DNA of 43,090 nt from Octopus bimaculoides (Eukaryota): the NCBI RefSeq assembly GCF_001194135.2, contig NC_068997.1, positions 23,615,998 through 23,659,087 of the forward strand. The letters are read 5' to 3'. Position 1 is the first letter of the stretch, and each line of letters opens with the position of its first letter. Of the stretch, positions 12,936 to 24,998 are shown piece after piece. The position numbers and the translations under genes were made by a program. Below the pieces are notes generated by a model that had not been told where the DNA came from, ran no database searches, and saw only the letters and a list, made by a program, of their open reading frames with translations.

Positions 12936-13382
12936 ATACGCTTATGTATTTATTTGCTAGATTCTTGATGTGGAAATGTGTATTGAAATATATACTCTTA
13001 AATAGGGATGGTTATCATACACAAATATTGCTGTTTTGTTACAAATAATAATACACATAAATTTGACGATAAAAGAAATAGTGCGTGTGCTTAATTGACA
13101 AATGAAGACCATCTGCAAGTAAAACAACATGCACACACATACACACACACACATAGACATATGTATACATACACACACATATATATATAAATACATATAC
13201 ATATACATACATATTAGTATACATACGCACATACATAAATCTATGCATATATTAATGCATGGGCACATATTTTCTGGGCTGAATAAGTGCAGAAGAAAGG
13301 CGAAGGTCACAACATAAGCACTAGAAAGGGTTTTGGGACTGCATTCACGCACACACGAACACACACATGCAAATACGCGCAG

Positions 13383-13416
<34 letters not shown>

Positions 13417-13612
13417 ACACACACACGAACATACACACGCACACACACGCGCGCACACATACGTACACGCATCTAATAGTATATAAAAGAGTGAGGTTTG
13501 TGTATTCACTTTTCACGCGAAAACGGCTTCAACAATTGCATTCGTACATGTGTAGCATGAATAATTTCACCTCGGACAAATAATAGGCTGTTCATTTGAT
13601 TGTTTGTATTAA

Positions 13613-13669
13613 AAATTATTAAAAATATTATTTAAAATAATTAAAAATTATTAAAAATTATTAAAAATA
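13613..13669. repeat. Short A/T-only tandem of a ~10-bp unit (AAAAATTATT)
   Basis: About 5 imperfect copies are visible. Confidence 0.75.
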
Positions 13670-15032
13670 AAAAGAATATTTCTTTCTTTTTTTTCTTGCA
13701 TTGACATCTTTGAAAGTTTTTAAAATATTTACTTCTGGATTTCTAGCGTCGGTGACATAACATACCTTTTTATCTATATATCTTTATCATATCTCTCTCG
13801 CTATCTCTATCTCTCTGTAACATATCTCTCTCTATCTCTCTATCTATATATCTTGTTTTCACTTGCAATTTTCATATGTCATTGTTTAACTTCCATGTTA
13901 TTGTTTTCACTGTATGCTTAAGTTTTCAATCGCTATTTACAAACAAACAACGACAAATTACTGACAAAAAGAAGTTCACAATTACTGATGTAATTAATTT
14001 CATAATTTACTGACAGATGCATCTTCATAAATTACGTTTCAACCCGTACTGTTTTGTGTCTTTCTATTGTTGACGGTTTCTGTCTGATTCCTTCGATACT
14101 GGCTCTGTGGTCCACTGACTGACAAATTTCGCTTCAACACGCGCAATACTTTATTCTTCATTAAAATTTCTTATTTCTGCTTGTCGTATTAAGAAACATA
14201 ATTTCCATTATCAAGTCATTTTCATTGTTTTCTATCTTCTGCACTCGTGTATTTCTTTATACATATATAAACATGCCTAAAAGAAAAAAGTAACATTTGT
14301 CAGCATAACTACAGATTTCTATCCCTACTCCCCAATTTGGATTATCATAATTCTCAGAAAAATGGGTAGTTTTATATATATATATATATATATATATNNN
14401 NNNNNNNNNNNNNNNNNNNNNNNNNNNNNNNNNNNNNNNNNNNNNNNNNNNNNNNNNNNNNNNNNNNNNNNNNNNNNNNNNNNNNNNNNNNNNNNNNNNN
14501 NNNNNNNNNNNNNNNNNNNNNNNNNNNNNNNNNNNNNNNNNNNNNNNNNNNNNNNNNNNNNNNNNNNNNNNNNNNNNNNNNNNNNNNNNNNNNNNNNNNN
14601 NNNNNNNNNNNNNNNNNNNNNNNNNNNNNNNNNNNNNNNNNNNNNNNNNNNNNNNNNNNNNNNNNNNNNNNNNNNNNNNNNNNNNNNNNNNNNNNNNNNN
14701 NNNNNNNNNNNNNNNNNNNNNNNNNNNNNNNNNNNNNNNNNNNNNNNNNNNNNNNNNNNNNNNNNNNNNNNNNNNNNNNNNNNNNNNNNNNNNNNNNNNN
14801 NNNNNNNNNNNNNNNNNNNNNNNNNNNNNNNNNNNNNNNNNNNNNNNNNNNNNNNNNNNNNNNNNNNNNNNNNNNNNNNNNNNNNNNNNNNNNNNNNNNN
14901 NNNNNNNNNNNNNNNNNNNNNNNNNNNNNNNNNNNNNNNNNNNNNNNNNNNNNNNNNNNNNNNNNNNNNNNNNNNNNNNNNNNNNNNNNNNNNNNNNNNN
15001 ATATATGTGTGTATATATATATATATACAGAT

Positions 15033-15065
<33 letters not shown>

Positions 15066-15864
15066 ACGTGAGAGAATTAGGTGTTGGGGGTACAACCCAC
15101 TAAGGGATAGTATCTATCCAGTATACTGCTGGGAGGGTACCCAATTATTGCTACGCTAGTGCTATACTAGGTGCAATCAATGGGAGCGGGTAAAAGTGGA
15201 GGTTTTACCCAAAATTTGTGTAACAATTAGAAAATATACATATAGCTATATATATCACAGATATATATATACACCTATGTGTGTGTGTGTATACGCAGAA
15301 AATTTTATCAATGTGGTTGTTGTTAAGAAAAATGCAACGTAGGAATTAGTCAAGAAACAGGTTGTTTGGTTTAAAATATGAATACATTAGAAACGTAACA
15401 CTTAAGCCACTACAACATACATAGAATCATACAGAAACATATATACACGATACACAAACACCATTATTCACAAACACATGGTCATATGCTCAACCATACA
15501 CGTCCATCCAGTATCACACACACACACACACACACGCACGATTATAATATCGAACACTTACTTTCTAAACTCATATGTTTCTTTTCTAACATATTGCCTT
15601 TCTATGGATTGTGTATTCATTAATTTCTTCAATTATTTATTCTTTATAATTATACGCAAACGATACTTGCAAAAATACCCACCCTCTTACACCCATATGC
15701 GTATACGTATTTAAGCGTACATTCATTTATATACGATTAATTGTAGATATATATTATGTATTGAGATACATATATATATCTAGATATATATATATATATA
15801 TATACACATATATATATATATATATGAATATACATATGCATACAATAAAACAGACAAACACATA

Positions 15865-15921
<57 letters not shown>

Positions 15922-16222
15922 GTATGTATAGGGTATGTAAATATATATTGAGCTACATGTGTATATGCTTGCAAACTTACCAATAGGTGTCTGTGACAGT
16001 GTATGTGCATATCTATACACATATATGTGTGCGCGTGTGTGTGTGTGTGAGTGTAACATAAACGCTTTTACATCCAGTTAAGTGTTTCTCTACAAATCTT
16101 ACGTTTTTGATATTCTCACATATATATTTTCATTTAATACATTATTGCCTTTTAGTCTATCTGTTTCATGTCTATCTAACTCACAATTCGTGTCTCTGTC
16201 TGTATACCTGTCGGTCTGTTTG

Positions 16223-16223
<1 letters not shown>

Positions 16224-16291
<68 letters not shown>
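16224..16291. repeat. (TATC)n tetranucleotide microsatellite
   Basis: Directly visible. Similar arrays occur at about 25817-25862 and as (GATA)n at about 29625-29685. Confidence 0.95.
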
Positions 16292-16503
16292 AATGCTCTC
16301 CTTTCATGTGTGTATTATCCATATAAGTGTGTCCTCTTGTTTGCTTGCGTGTATATGTATGTGTTTGAATGTGTGAATGAGTGTATATAAATAAAAATAT
16401 TTGTACCTCTCATGTGTAAATATATGAATACATATATGCTTGTATGTATATATATATATATATATATATATACTTACACACACGCACATACACACAAACA
16501 TGC

Positions 16504-16537
<34 letters not shown>

Positions 16538-16574
16538 ATAGATAGATAGATGTATTTTTCTCTCGCTCTCACCC

Positions 16575-16643
<69 letters not shown>

Positions 16644-17559
16644 TCAAAACGCTCACACATATATATGTATTAGGTGTTGTATGGATCTTGTACTCGCTCT
16701 CGCCAGATTAATTTTTAAATATTTTAGTATGATTATTTGTATTTGAAGTAAACTATGTGCATATATATAGAGAGATTTCTACACAAATACACACATCCCA
16801 CCAAATATACGCAAATATATACACACATTCGACAGTCACCTCCTCATTCGGTCAGGCATTTACTCCCCATATTCACACGCTTCGCCACACCCACATACAT
16901 ACATACATACATATACGTGTCTATATGGATGTATGCATAAATATATACATATCTCTACAAACCTGCATGCTTATATATGTGTATATGAGCGTGAGTGTGT
17001 GTTTGTGTTTGAGCATGTGCGCGGATGTGCGTGCTTGTATATGTATATTGAAGTGTATGTTATTCATGTGTAATATTTATATAAATCGTAAGCGTAGAAA
17101 TGCATATACACAACACACACATACGCGAACACACTTCTATTAATATCACTACCACGTATATTAATATTTTAACATTAATTTATTATCATTATTATTATTA
17201 TTATTATTATTACTATTATTTCTATTATTACTATTATTATTATTATTGCTGGTGTTGTTGTTTTTATAACTATCATCATCATCATCGATGTTAATATTAT
17301 CATATGCGTCTGTATACATCCATATATTAATGAATATGTGTGTGTGCGTGTATGTATATAGATATATATACACACACACATTCATATATAGGTATATACA
17401 TTTGTATATATATTTATAGATATACTCACACACACACACACATATATATATATAATGTGTACATACATATATTATATGTATATGTATATATATATTTATA
17501 TATATATAATTATATATATAATTATATATATATTTATACATATATGTATATATAAATAC

Positions 17560-17614
<55 letters not shown>

Positions 17615-18659
17615 TGCAATAATGCTAGTGTTATTATTAATAATATTTTTATCACCATCATCACCACAATCATCATCATTTTCATTGACAATGTTATTAT
17701 TATTTAATTATTCATTTGAAAATTAATAACAAAAATATAAAAATTGATTTTTCTTTTTGAAACCACCCCAAAAAAGCTACTAATGTTTCCCCACTTTTTA
17801 TACGATTTTAATAGCCAGAAACAATTATAAATCTATAGGCAAATTATGAAATTATGCAAAATTCTACTTTTTCAAATGATACGTTTAAAAGATAAACTCA
17901 CAAAATCGCAAAACAGTTACAAGAACAAACATTAATTTCTGCGTGTAGGTATGTTTCTGTGAGTGTGTTGTATAAGTGTGTGTGAGTGTGTTTGTATGTG
18001 TATGTATATATATATATATATGTGTGTGTGTGTATATGTGTATGTGTGATTGCGCTTGCCTTAGTGGTGTTGGGGAGGAAGGGCCTATCATTGAATACAT
18101 AAATATTAATATAGTATATGTTAGATGGAGAGACTTTTCTGAAGTGAACAGCCAAACAGACATACAAACCGAAAGTGACACGCGTGAATACTCTTTAATG
18201 GGGAGAGAGGAAGATAGAGAGAAAGCAATTGAGGGAGGGTCTGTGTGAGGAGCTGAGAAGGGGAGAGAGAGAGAGAGAGGGCATGAAGAGAGAGGGAGAG
18301 AGAGAGGGAGGGAGAGGGAGAACGAGTGGGAGTCTGAGAGGCTGGCTGACAAAAGCCTGCTCTAGCACTTAAGTCAGAAAAACAATATACATAATCATAG
18401 ATAGAGACATACGCATATCAATTACATACAAACACAAGTATACACGTATACGCCACACATTACAAAAGCGTGTATATATGTATATAAATGTATGTATGTA
18501 TATATATATATATACATATATTTATATTCGTATATATATATGTGTGTGCGTACGCATACATACATACATACATACACACACACACGCACACACACGCACA
18601 CGCACGCACACACGCACATACACAAACATAGACACACACACACACACACAAACACACAC

Positions 18660-18690
<31 letters not shown>

Positions 18691-18884
18691 CCCAAGTTAG
18701 TCCAGACTTTTAAGTGGATGAGTGCTGTTTGTCAGCATGTTAGCAAATAGTTTTCGCACGTNNNNNNNNNNNNNNNNNNNNNNNNNNNNNNNNNNNNNNN
18801 NNNNNNNNNNNNNNNNNNNNNNNNNNNNNNNNNNNNNNNNNNNNNNNNNNNNNNNNNNNNNNNNNNNNNNNNNNNNNNNNNNNN

Positions 18885-18923
<39 letters not shown>

Positions 18924-19574
18924 TTATTTATATACTCACACAATCACGCATTTTTATACAAACATATATATAAATGAATATGTATGTATATGTGTGGGCG
19001 TATATATATTTGTGTGTGTGTATGTATGTGTGTGTGTGAAGAGAGTTGCATACACCCATTGTGGGTTCCTAGCAAATACTTAATATTAATTTGGCAAAAA
19101 CATTTATGTGACTGTTTTCAAGTGGATAAAATTCAGAACAAACATATAGATCAAACTAAATAACACATAAGTCAAGTCAAATATGTCTGCAAATAAAAAC
19201 CGATTTAATGATTCTCTTCCTGTCTTGGATTTAAGAATATAACTCTAGTGACAAGTGCGGATGAGCAAGACAGAACACGTGATCTCAGTTAGGGTTCAAT
19301 ATTGTTAAAGATTAGTATGAAGTATCCTACAAAAGAAACGCACAACGAAAAGAAGTCACACTCTACACATTTGGTAGAAGTTACATATCAGTTTCACTCG
19401 GCTCCATAAAACTTATACGTTTGTAAGTTCGTAGAACGGACCTAATTCATGAAACATCGAGAGTGAGAGTAAAATGATATGAGACAAGTTCAAGATAGCT
19501 GCTAGATATTTGGTTCCCTTTGTCAGAAAACAAAGGGATTAGAAAATGGCATCATTTATTTTCTTTGTTCTTAG

Positions 19575-19595
19575 GGCCATACCGCTGGGCAGGAT
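19575..19595 (+). other. Candidate 21-nt microexon
   Basis: Polypyrimidine tract TTTATTTTCTTTGTTCTTAG, exon GGCCATACCGCTGGGCAGGAT, donor GTAGGT. The length is a multiple of 3 and there are no internal stops in any phase. Confidence 0.2.
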
Positions 19596-19771
19596 GTAGG
19601 TTATTTTGTCTGGGAGACGCATTGCTGTTGATACTAATATATATATATACATATATACAGTATGAATTATACTCTTCAATATTGTGGATGATACATAGAC
19701 ACACACACATACACACACACATATATATTCAAGTACCTAATTAACGAAATTAATTATATATATATATATAT

Positions 19772-20051
19772 ATCATAAATATACAGGGATTAGTATTGAG
19801 TTGCTTCTCCAACATACTGAAAATTTAGAAAATAGCAGTCAAAGAACTACTGATTCTAAACTACAAATTTTTCTCTAAATGGATGGCGATATTTATGGCA
19901 CACATAGAACAAAAACCGGAGGGGAAAGCATAAACAAAACAAGTCTTTAGTTAATCGGATACGATCGTTTCAGTAGTTCTTTGACTGCTATTTTCTAAAT
20001 TTTCAGTATGTTGGAGAAGCAACTCAATGTTAATCCCTGTATATTTATGAT
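19772..20051. mobile_element. Fold-back / MITE-like element with 82-bp inverted arms (80/82 identical) and a 116-bp spacer
   Basis: Arm 1 (19772-19853) equals the reverse complement of arm 2 (19970-20051) except at 19793-19794, where it reads GT against AC. Checked base by base. Confidence 0.8.
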
Positions 20052-20608
20052 GATAAATGGTTTTACCGATANNNNNNNNNNNNNNNNNNNNNNNNNNNNN
20101 NNNNNNNNNNNNNNNNNNNNNNNNNNNNNNNNNNNNNNNNNNNNNNNNNNNNNNNNNNNNNNNNNNNNNNNNNNNNNNNNNNNNNNNNNNNNNNNNNNNN
20201 NNNNNNNNNNNNNNNNNNNNNNNNNNNNNNNNNNNNNNNNNNNNNNNNNNNNNNNNNNNNNNNNNNNNNNNNNNNNNNNNNNNNNNNNNNNNNNNNNNNN
20301 NNNNNNNNNNNNNNNNNNNNNNNNNNNNNNNNNNNNNNNNNNNNNNNNNNNNNNNNNNNNNNNNNNNNNNNNNNNNATATATATATGTGTGTGTGTGTGT
20401 TTGTGTGTGTATACATATATGCATGCATGCATGCATACATACATACATACATACATACATACATACATACATACACACGTGTTGCGTATCGTTACGTTAA
20501 TCCACAATTAAAATCCCGTGGTTATCGTTTACATCACGCAACTTAACAGTTCAAACGATATGGACTTTTATATCCAATCAATATTGAAGCAACTTCTGCA
20601 ATCGATAT

Positions 20609-21072
20609 TCTTTTACTCTTTTACTTGTTTCACTCACTTGACTGCGGCCATGCTTGATATTCACCTTTAGTCGAATGACTCGACTCCATGAATTATTCTT
20701 TTATACGCCTAGAACTTATTCTATGGGGCTCTTTTTGCCGAACCGCTAAGTTTCCTGGACGTAAGCACACCAACGTCGGTTGCCAAGCGGTGGTGGGAGA
20801 ACAAACACAGACGCACAAATACATACATGCATGCATACACATGCACACACACACACACACACGCGCACACACACACACACACACATACACACACACACAC
20901 ATATATATATGCATAAATATATGACAAGCTTCTTTCACTTTCCGCCTACCAAATCCATTCACAAGGCTTTGGTTGGCCCTAGACTATAGTTGAAGACACT
21001 TCTCGAAGTTGCCACGCAGTCGTACTGAACCCGGAACCTTGTGGTTGGGAAGAAAGTTTCTTACCACACACC
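20609..21072 (-). mobile_element. tRNA-derived SINE, family C, with internal (CA/TA)n microsatellite, near full length
   Basis: The minus-strand head GTGTGGTAAGAAACTTTCTTCCCAACCACAAGGTTCCGGGTTCAGT has tRNA-like A/B boxes. There is an internal CA/TA array at about 20805-20920 and a tandem (AGTAAAAG)-type tail at 20609-20625. It is colinear with the second copy at 39291-39592. Confidence 0.8.
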
Positions 21073-22272
21073 CACTCCAGACCATTTATATGGTCATATA
21101 AATTCTGTATGGTTGTATCCCATTGGATGAAACAAGACAATATAACAAATGATAGGGACGGAAAATAGAATAGATGAGAAACTTTATTTCTCACAATGAT
21201 TGTTTCGACCCTTCTTGCATGGATCCCTCGGGAGTGAAATACTGTACAGCTAATTGTGGTGCATCCCTCGGTGGTGAAGTGTGTCTTGGGGTGATATTTC
21301 AAGGGATACCTCATTAAATAAATGCTGTTTCGCTCGATTTTTTAAATAAAACATATAGTTAGTGACAGTAAAGTTAAGGCTTTGAGTAGGAATAGAACGT
21401 GACAGGTTCCATTGCAATGTTATTAATTATTACAACACGGGGCGACCCAGTCTGTTGTGCTACTAACGAGACCGGCTGTAAGTGTGTGTGTGTGTGTATG
21501 TATGCATAAGACCCCCAGAAAGTCTATGTTAGTATCTATATTTATAATTATGCATAGAATGTTTTACGTCATCGTATAATTTATTTTCTCATTTTTATTA
21601 TTTACTCCCTCTCATTTGCTTGCTATGAAACACATGTAGACACAGTAGCTGTTATTAGCATTGCAAGGGAATCTGTCATTTGCCATTCCTATCCAAGGGC
21701 TGAAACGTCCGATCATTAAGAACATGGTATATTAAAACTGAGCGAAAAAGAGTTTATTTAATGAGATACCCTTTGTAGAATCACCTGACGAGACGCTTCC
21801 GCACCTAGGGATGTGCCAAAGATTTTACAGAATCCATACCACCAGCGATCGATGCAAAATGGATCGAAGTGAACTTTATGAGCAATAAAGTGTCTTGTAT
21901 ATTGCGTTTTCTGTCTCTACCATTTGTTATATACTCGACGAAGATGAAGAATTACTGAGTTGGGTCCAGCGATAGTTATAAAAATACTGAGGATGACATC
22001 AGGTAGCCATAGACAGTGAACGTGCTTCACCACCTAACTACTGGGTATACACAGATACCCAAAGCTTGAATTATTACTTATGCATGCATATATCTGTATA
22101 ACGTAGAGAGAAGAGCAATGGATTAGAATATATATATTTGCGTATGTGTAAATATAAGAATATATTTTTGTGTGTAGCTGTTTCTGGTTTCTGTATGTAG
22201 TTGTCCATGTGGGGATGACTTTGCATGTACATTTTAAGATACGTGTTAACCCATCCATGGATATATTTGTAG

Positions 22273-22402
22273 GTGGCGAGTGTAATGATGCCTGTGCGAG
22301 GCACAGAGTCGTGCAGTCGTATATAACCGATCGATGATGACGTCCGACTCAAACTTGCATGAAAACGTGATGACATCAAGCATCGACACTGTACACACAT
22401 GG
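22273..22402 (+). CDS. Candidate exon containing possible start codon(s); product unknown
   Basis: Acceptor ATATATTTGTAG at 22272 and donor TGG|GTGAGT at 22403, in unique non-repetitive sequence. ATG 22334 gives MMTSDSNLHENVMTSSIDTVHTW (phase 0). ATG 22399 gives M plus a phase-1 junction. No recognisable homology. Confidence 0.3.
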
Positions 22403-22461
22403 GTGAGTTCCAGGATAATCACTTACATCAGGCAATGAAAAAAAAATTACACCTGCTTCAG

Positions 22462-22513
22462 AAACGAGTGACGAGTACTTGGCGACCAGTTTCTTGTCGA
22501 AGACATTCGACGT
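22462..22513 (+). CDS. Candidate 52-nt internal exon; product unknown
   Basis: Acceptor CCTGCTTCAG at 22461 and consensus donor GTAAGT at 22514. Splicing from 22402 (59-nt intron) gives METSDEYLATSFLSKTFDV from ATG 22399, or ...TWKRVTSTWRPVSCRRHST from ATG 22334. Confidence 0.3.
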
Positions 22514-22617
22514 GTAAGTTTCTATTGGTATCATGTAGGTCAAAATTAATGGAGGTTGGGCTGAGGTATGTTTGAGCCGGTGTGTAACTGCACGCATGTA
22601 CTGGTACATACATTTAA

Positions 22618-22653
<36 letters not shown>

Positions 22654-23446
22654 NNNNNNNNNNNNNNNNNNNNNNNNNNNNNNNNNNNNNNNNNNNNNNN
22701 NNNNNNNNNNNNNNNNNNNNNNNNNNNNNNNNNNNNNNNNNNNNNNNNNNNNNNNNNNNNNNNNNNNNNNNNNNNNNNNNNNNNNNNNNNNNNNNNNNNN
22801 NNNNNNNNNNNNNNNNNNNNNNNNNNNNNNNNNNNNNNNNNNNNNNNNNNNNNNNNNNNNNNNNNNNNNNNNNNNNNNNNNNNNNNNNNNNNNNNNNNNG
22901 CTCTTCTGATCTTGTGTGTGTGTGTATGCATGTATGTATGTATATAACTCTCTCTGTCTATATATATATTCATATAGACATATACAAAATATGTATATAA
23001 TTATGCAACTATGTGTGTGTATATAAAATCCAAGTAATAAGACAATGAAATCCTTTAACACATCTTTAATGGTTTGTTACAATCGTTTCACTAACAAATC
23101 TGTTTGTAACACCAGTTTACGCAAAAACTCGAAGTGAAAATGTATGCAATAGTTACGGTTTAAGAAATCAGAGTGGCACTTGATCAAACTTGCATCAAAG
23201 GTGAAGTCTTACCCTGTGCGTCTTCGAGAAATGTCCAATGGAATATTCTACCATTACACCCTACCCGGACCTACAATATATGTATGTGTGTGCGTGCGTA
23301 TGCGTGTATGTGCAGGCTTCTATAAGTACAGAAGTGTCGGCTCCTTGATCATCGTACCGATTACTCGCACTGATTGTTAGCAAGTTTTCTGTCACTTGAT
23401 TGTGCATATGTTTAAATGTGTATATGTCTTGGTCTATGCATCTGGC

Positions 23447-23479
<33 letters not shown>

Positions 23480-23908
23480 TTGCGTGTGCGCGCGTGTATC
23501 AACATGTGCGTACGTCTCAGTCCGTTTTGTGTGCCTGTGACCCTGCTTTGTTTGTTTTTTGTTCTGTTTTTGGTTCGATAATATTCTTTACTGTTGTCAT
23601 GTTTATACAAGCAGATAGTGGTAGTGCGTGTTGGACGTCTACATAGGTCAAAGTAGTACATATGTTTGAAGCCTGCTTGTGTGTGCGGGCGGTATGTTTG
23701 TGTGCTTACGCATGTGTGCATGTGTTAGCTTCTGCACGTGCGTGTGCAAACACATATATGATTGTTTATTTGGAATCAGCGTCTATATCGTGGTAGAAAC
23801 AAAAAGTCTTGCATGAATAAACGGAGAATTATTAGGAATTAATACAAATATATAGATTTTTAAGAAGCCACACAAATTGATCCAACCATTATGTATGTGT
23901 ATATGTGT

Positions 23909-23958
<50 letters not shown>

Positions 23959-24034
23959 NNNNNNNNNNNNNNNNNNNNNNNNNNNNNNNNNNNNNNNNNN
24001 NNNNNNNNNNNNNNNNNNNNNNNNNNNNNNNNNN

Positions 24035-24118
<84 letters not shown>

Positions 24119-24332
24119 ATCTATACGTATGTGTTATAAACAATGTGTTTGGCTTCAATAAAAGTTATCAACGATTTCAATTTATTCTTATTAGTCTTTT
24201 AAGCATACTTTGACGGAATAGCATTCCTATGGCCTTCAATCCTGTATAATTACTCGATCTTCGATATAATTTATCACGAAAAAGTGTATGTCATACTACT
24301 TACTAGCTGACAGACTTGAGGAGTGAGATATT

Positions 24333-24484
24333 TGCCCTGTTATATCGAACTTTAGTATACAAGTAATACTTTAATTTATGTATACCAAAATCATGAATGT
24401 AAACTTGACCATGGCGGAATTTGACATGAGATTGTAAAATGCCGAAGCCTACAGCACAGTTCATTTTGTCGGACATGCTAAAGA
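24333..24484 (-). mobile_element. Degenerate family A SINE
   Basis: 24405-24424 (TTGACCATGGCGGAATTTGA) is 18/20 identical to the reverse complement of 24680-24699. Flanks align weakly to the core (TACTTTAATTTAT) and head (CATTTT..CATGCTAA). Confidence 0.6.
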
Positions 24485-24601
24485 ATTTATCAAAGTAAGG
24501 TAGTAAAGGTTATAACTACCTATTATATATGTGTATTTGCTGTGGGGTAGTCGAAGATTTTCAAAGGGGCTATGATTTACTTTATAGTAATTGCTAGCAA
24601 G

Positions 24602-24998
24602 AAGGCGGCGAGCTGGCAGAATCGGTAGCACGCCGGGCGAATTGCTTACCGGTATTTCGTCTGTCGCTACGTTCTGAGTTCAAATTCCGCCGAGGTCAAC
24701 TTTGCCTTTCATCCTTTCGGGGTCGATTAAATAAGTACCAGTTACGCACTGGATCGATATAATCGACTTAATCCGTTAGTCTGTCCTTGTTTGTCCCCTC
24801 TGTGTGTAGCCCCTTGTGGGCAGTAACGAAATAGGTATTTCGTCTGTCACTACGTTCAGAGTTCAAATTCCGTCGAAGTCGACTTAGCCTTTCATCCTTT
24901 CGGAGTCGATAAATTAAGTACTAGTTGCGTACTGGCGTCGATCTACTCGATTGGCCCTTTCCCTAAAAATTTCGGGCCTTGTGCCTGGAGTAGAAAAG
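24602..24998 (+). mobile_element. tRNA-derived SINE, family A, dimeric (head + body 1 + headless body 2)
   Basis: The head matches 39822. Body 1 (24651-24833) and body 2 (24834-24998) both start GGTATTTCGTCTG and both contain B-box GTTCAAATTCC and the CCTTTCATCCTTTCGG core. Flanking direct repeats are AGTAATTGCTAGCAAG (24586-24601) and AGTAATTGTTAGCTAG (24999-25014), 14/16 identical. Confidence 0.87.

Noticed and set aside
21222-21280. Two ~18-bp direct repeats ATCCCTCGG..GTGAA.T spaced 40 bp apart (CRISPR-like spacing)
   Set aside because: There are only two imperfect copies in eukaryotic DNA with no cas genes. It is a local duplication.
24604-24690. tRNA genes at the SINE heads (also 39000, 39822, 27041, 21072)
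   Set aside because: A/B boxes are present, but there is no complete cloverleaf, and each head continues into SINE core and tail.
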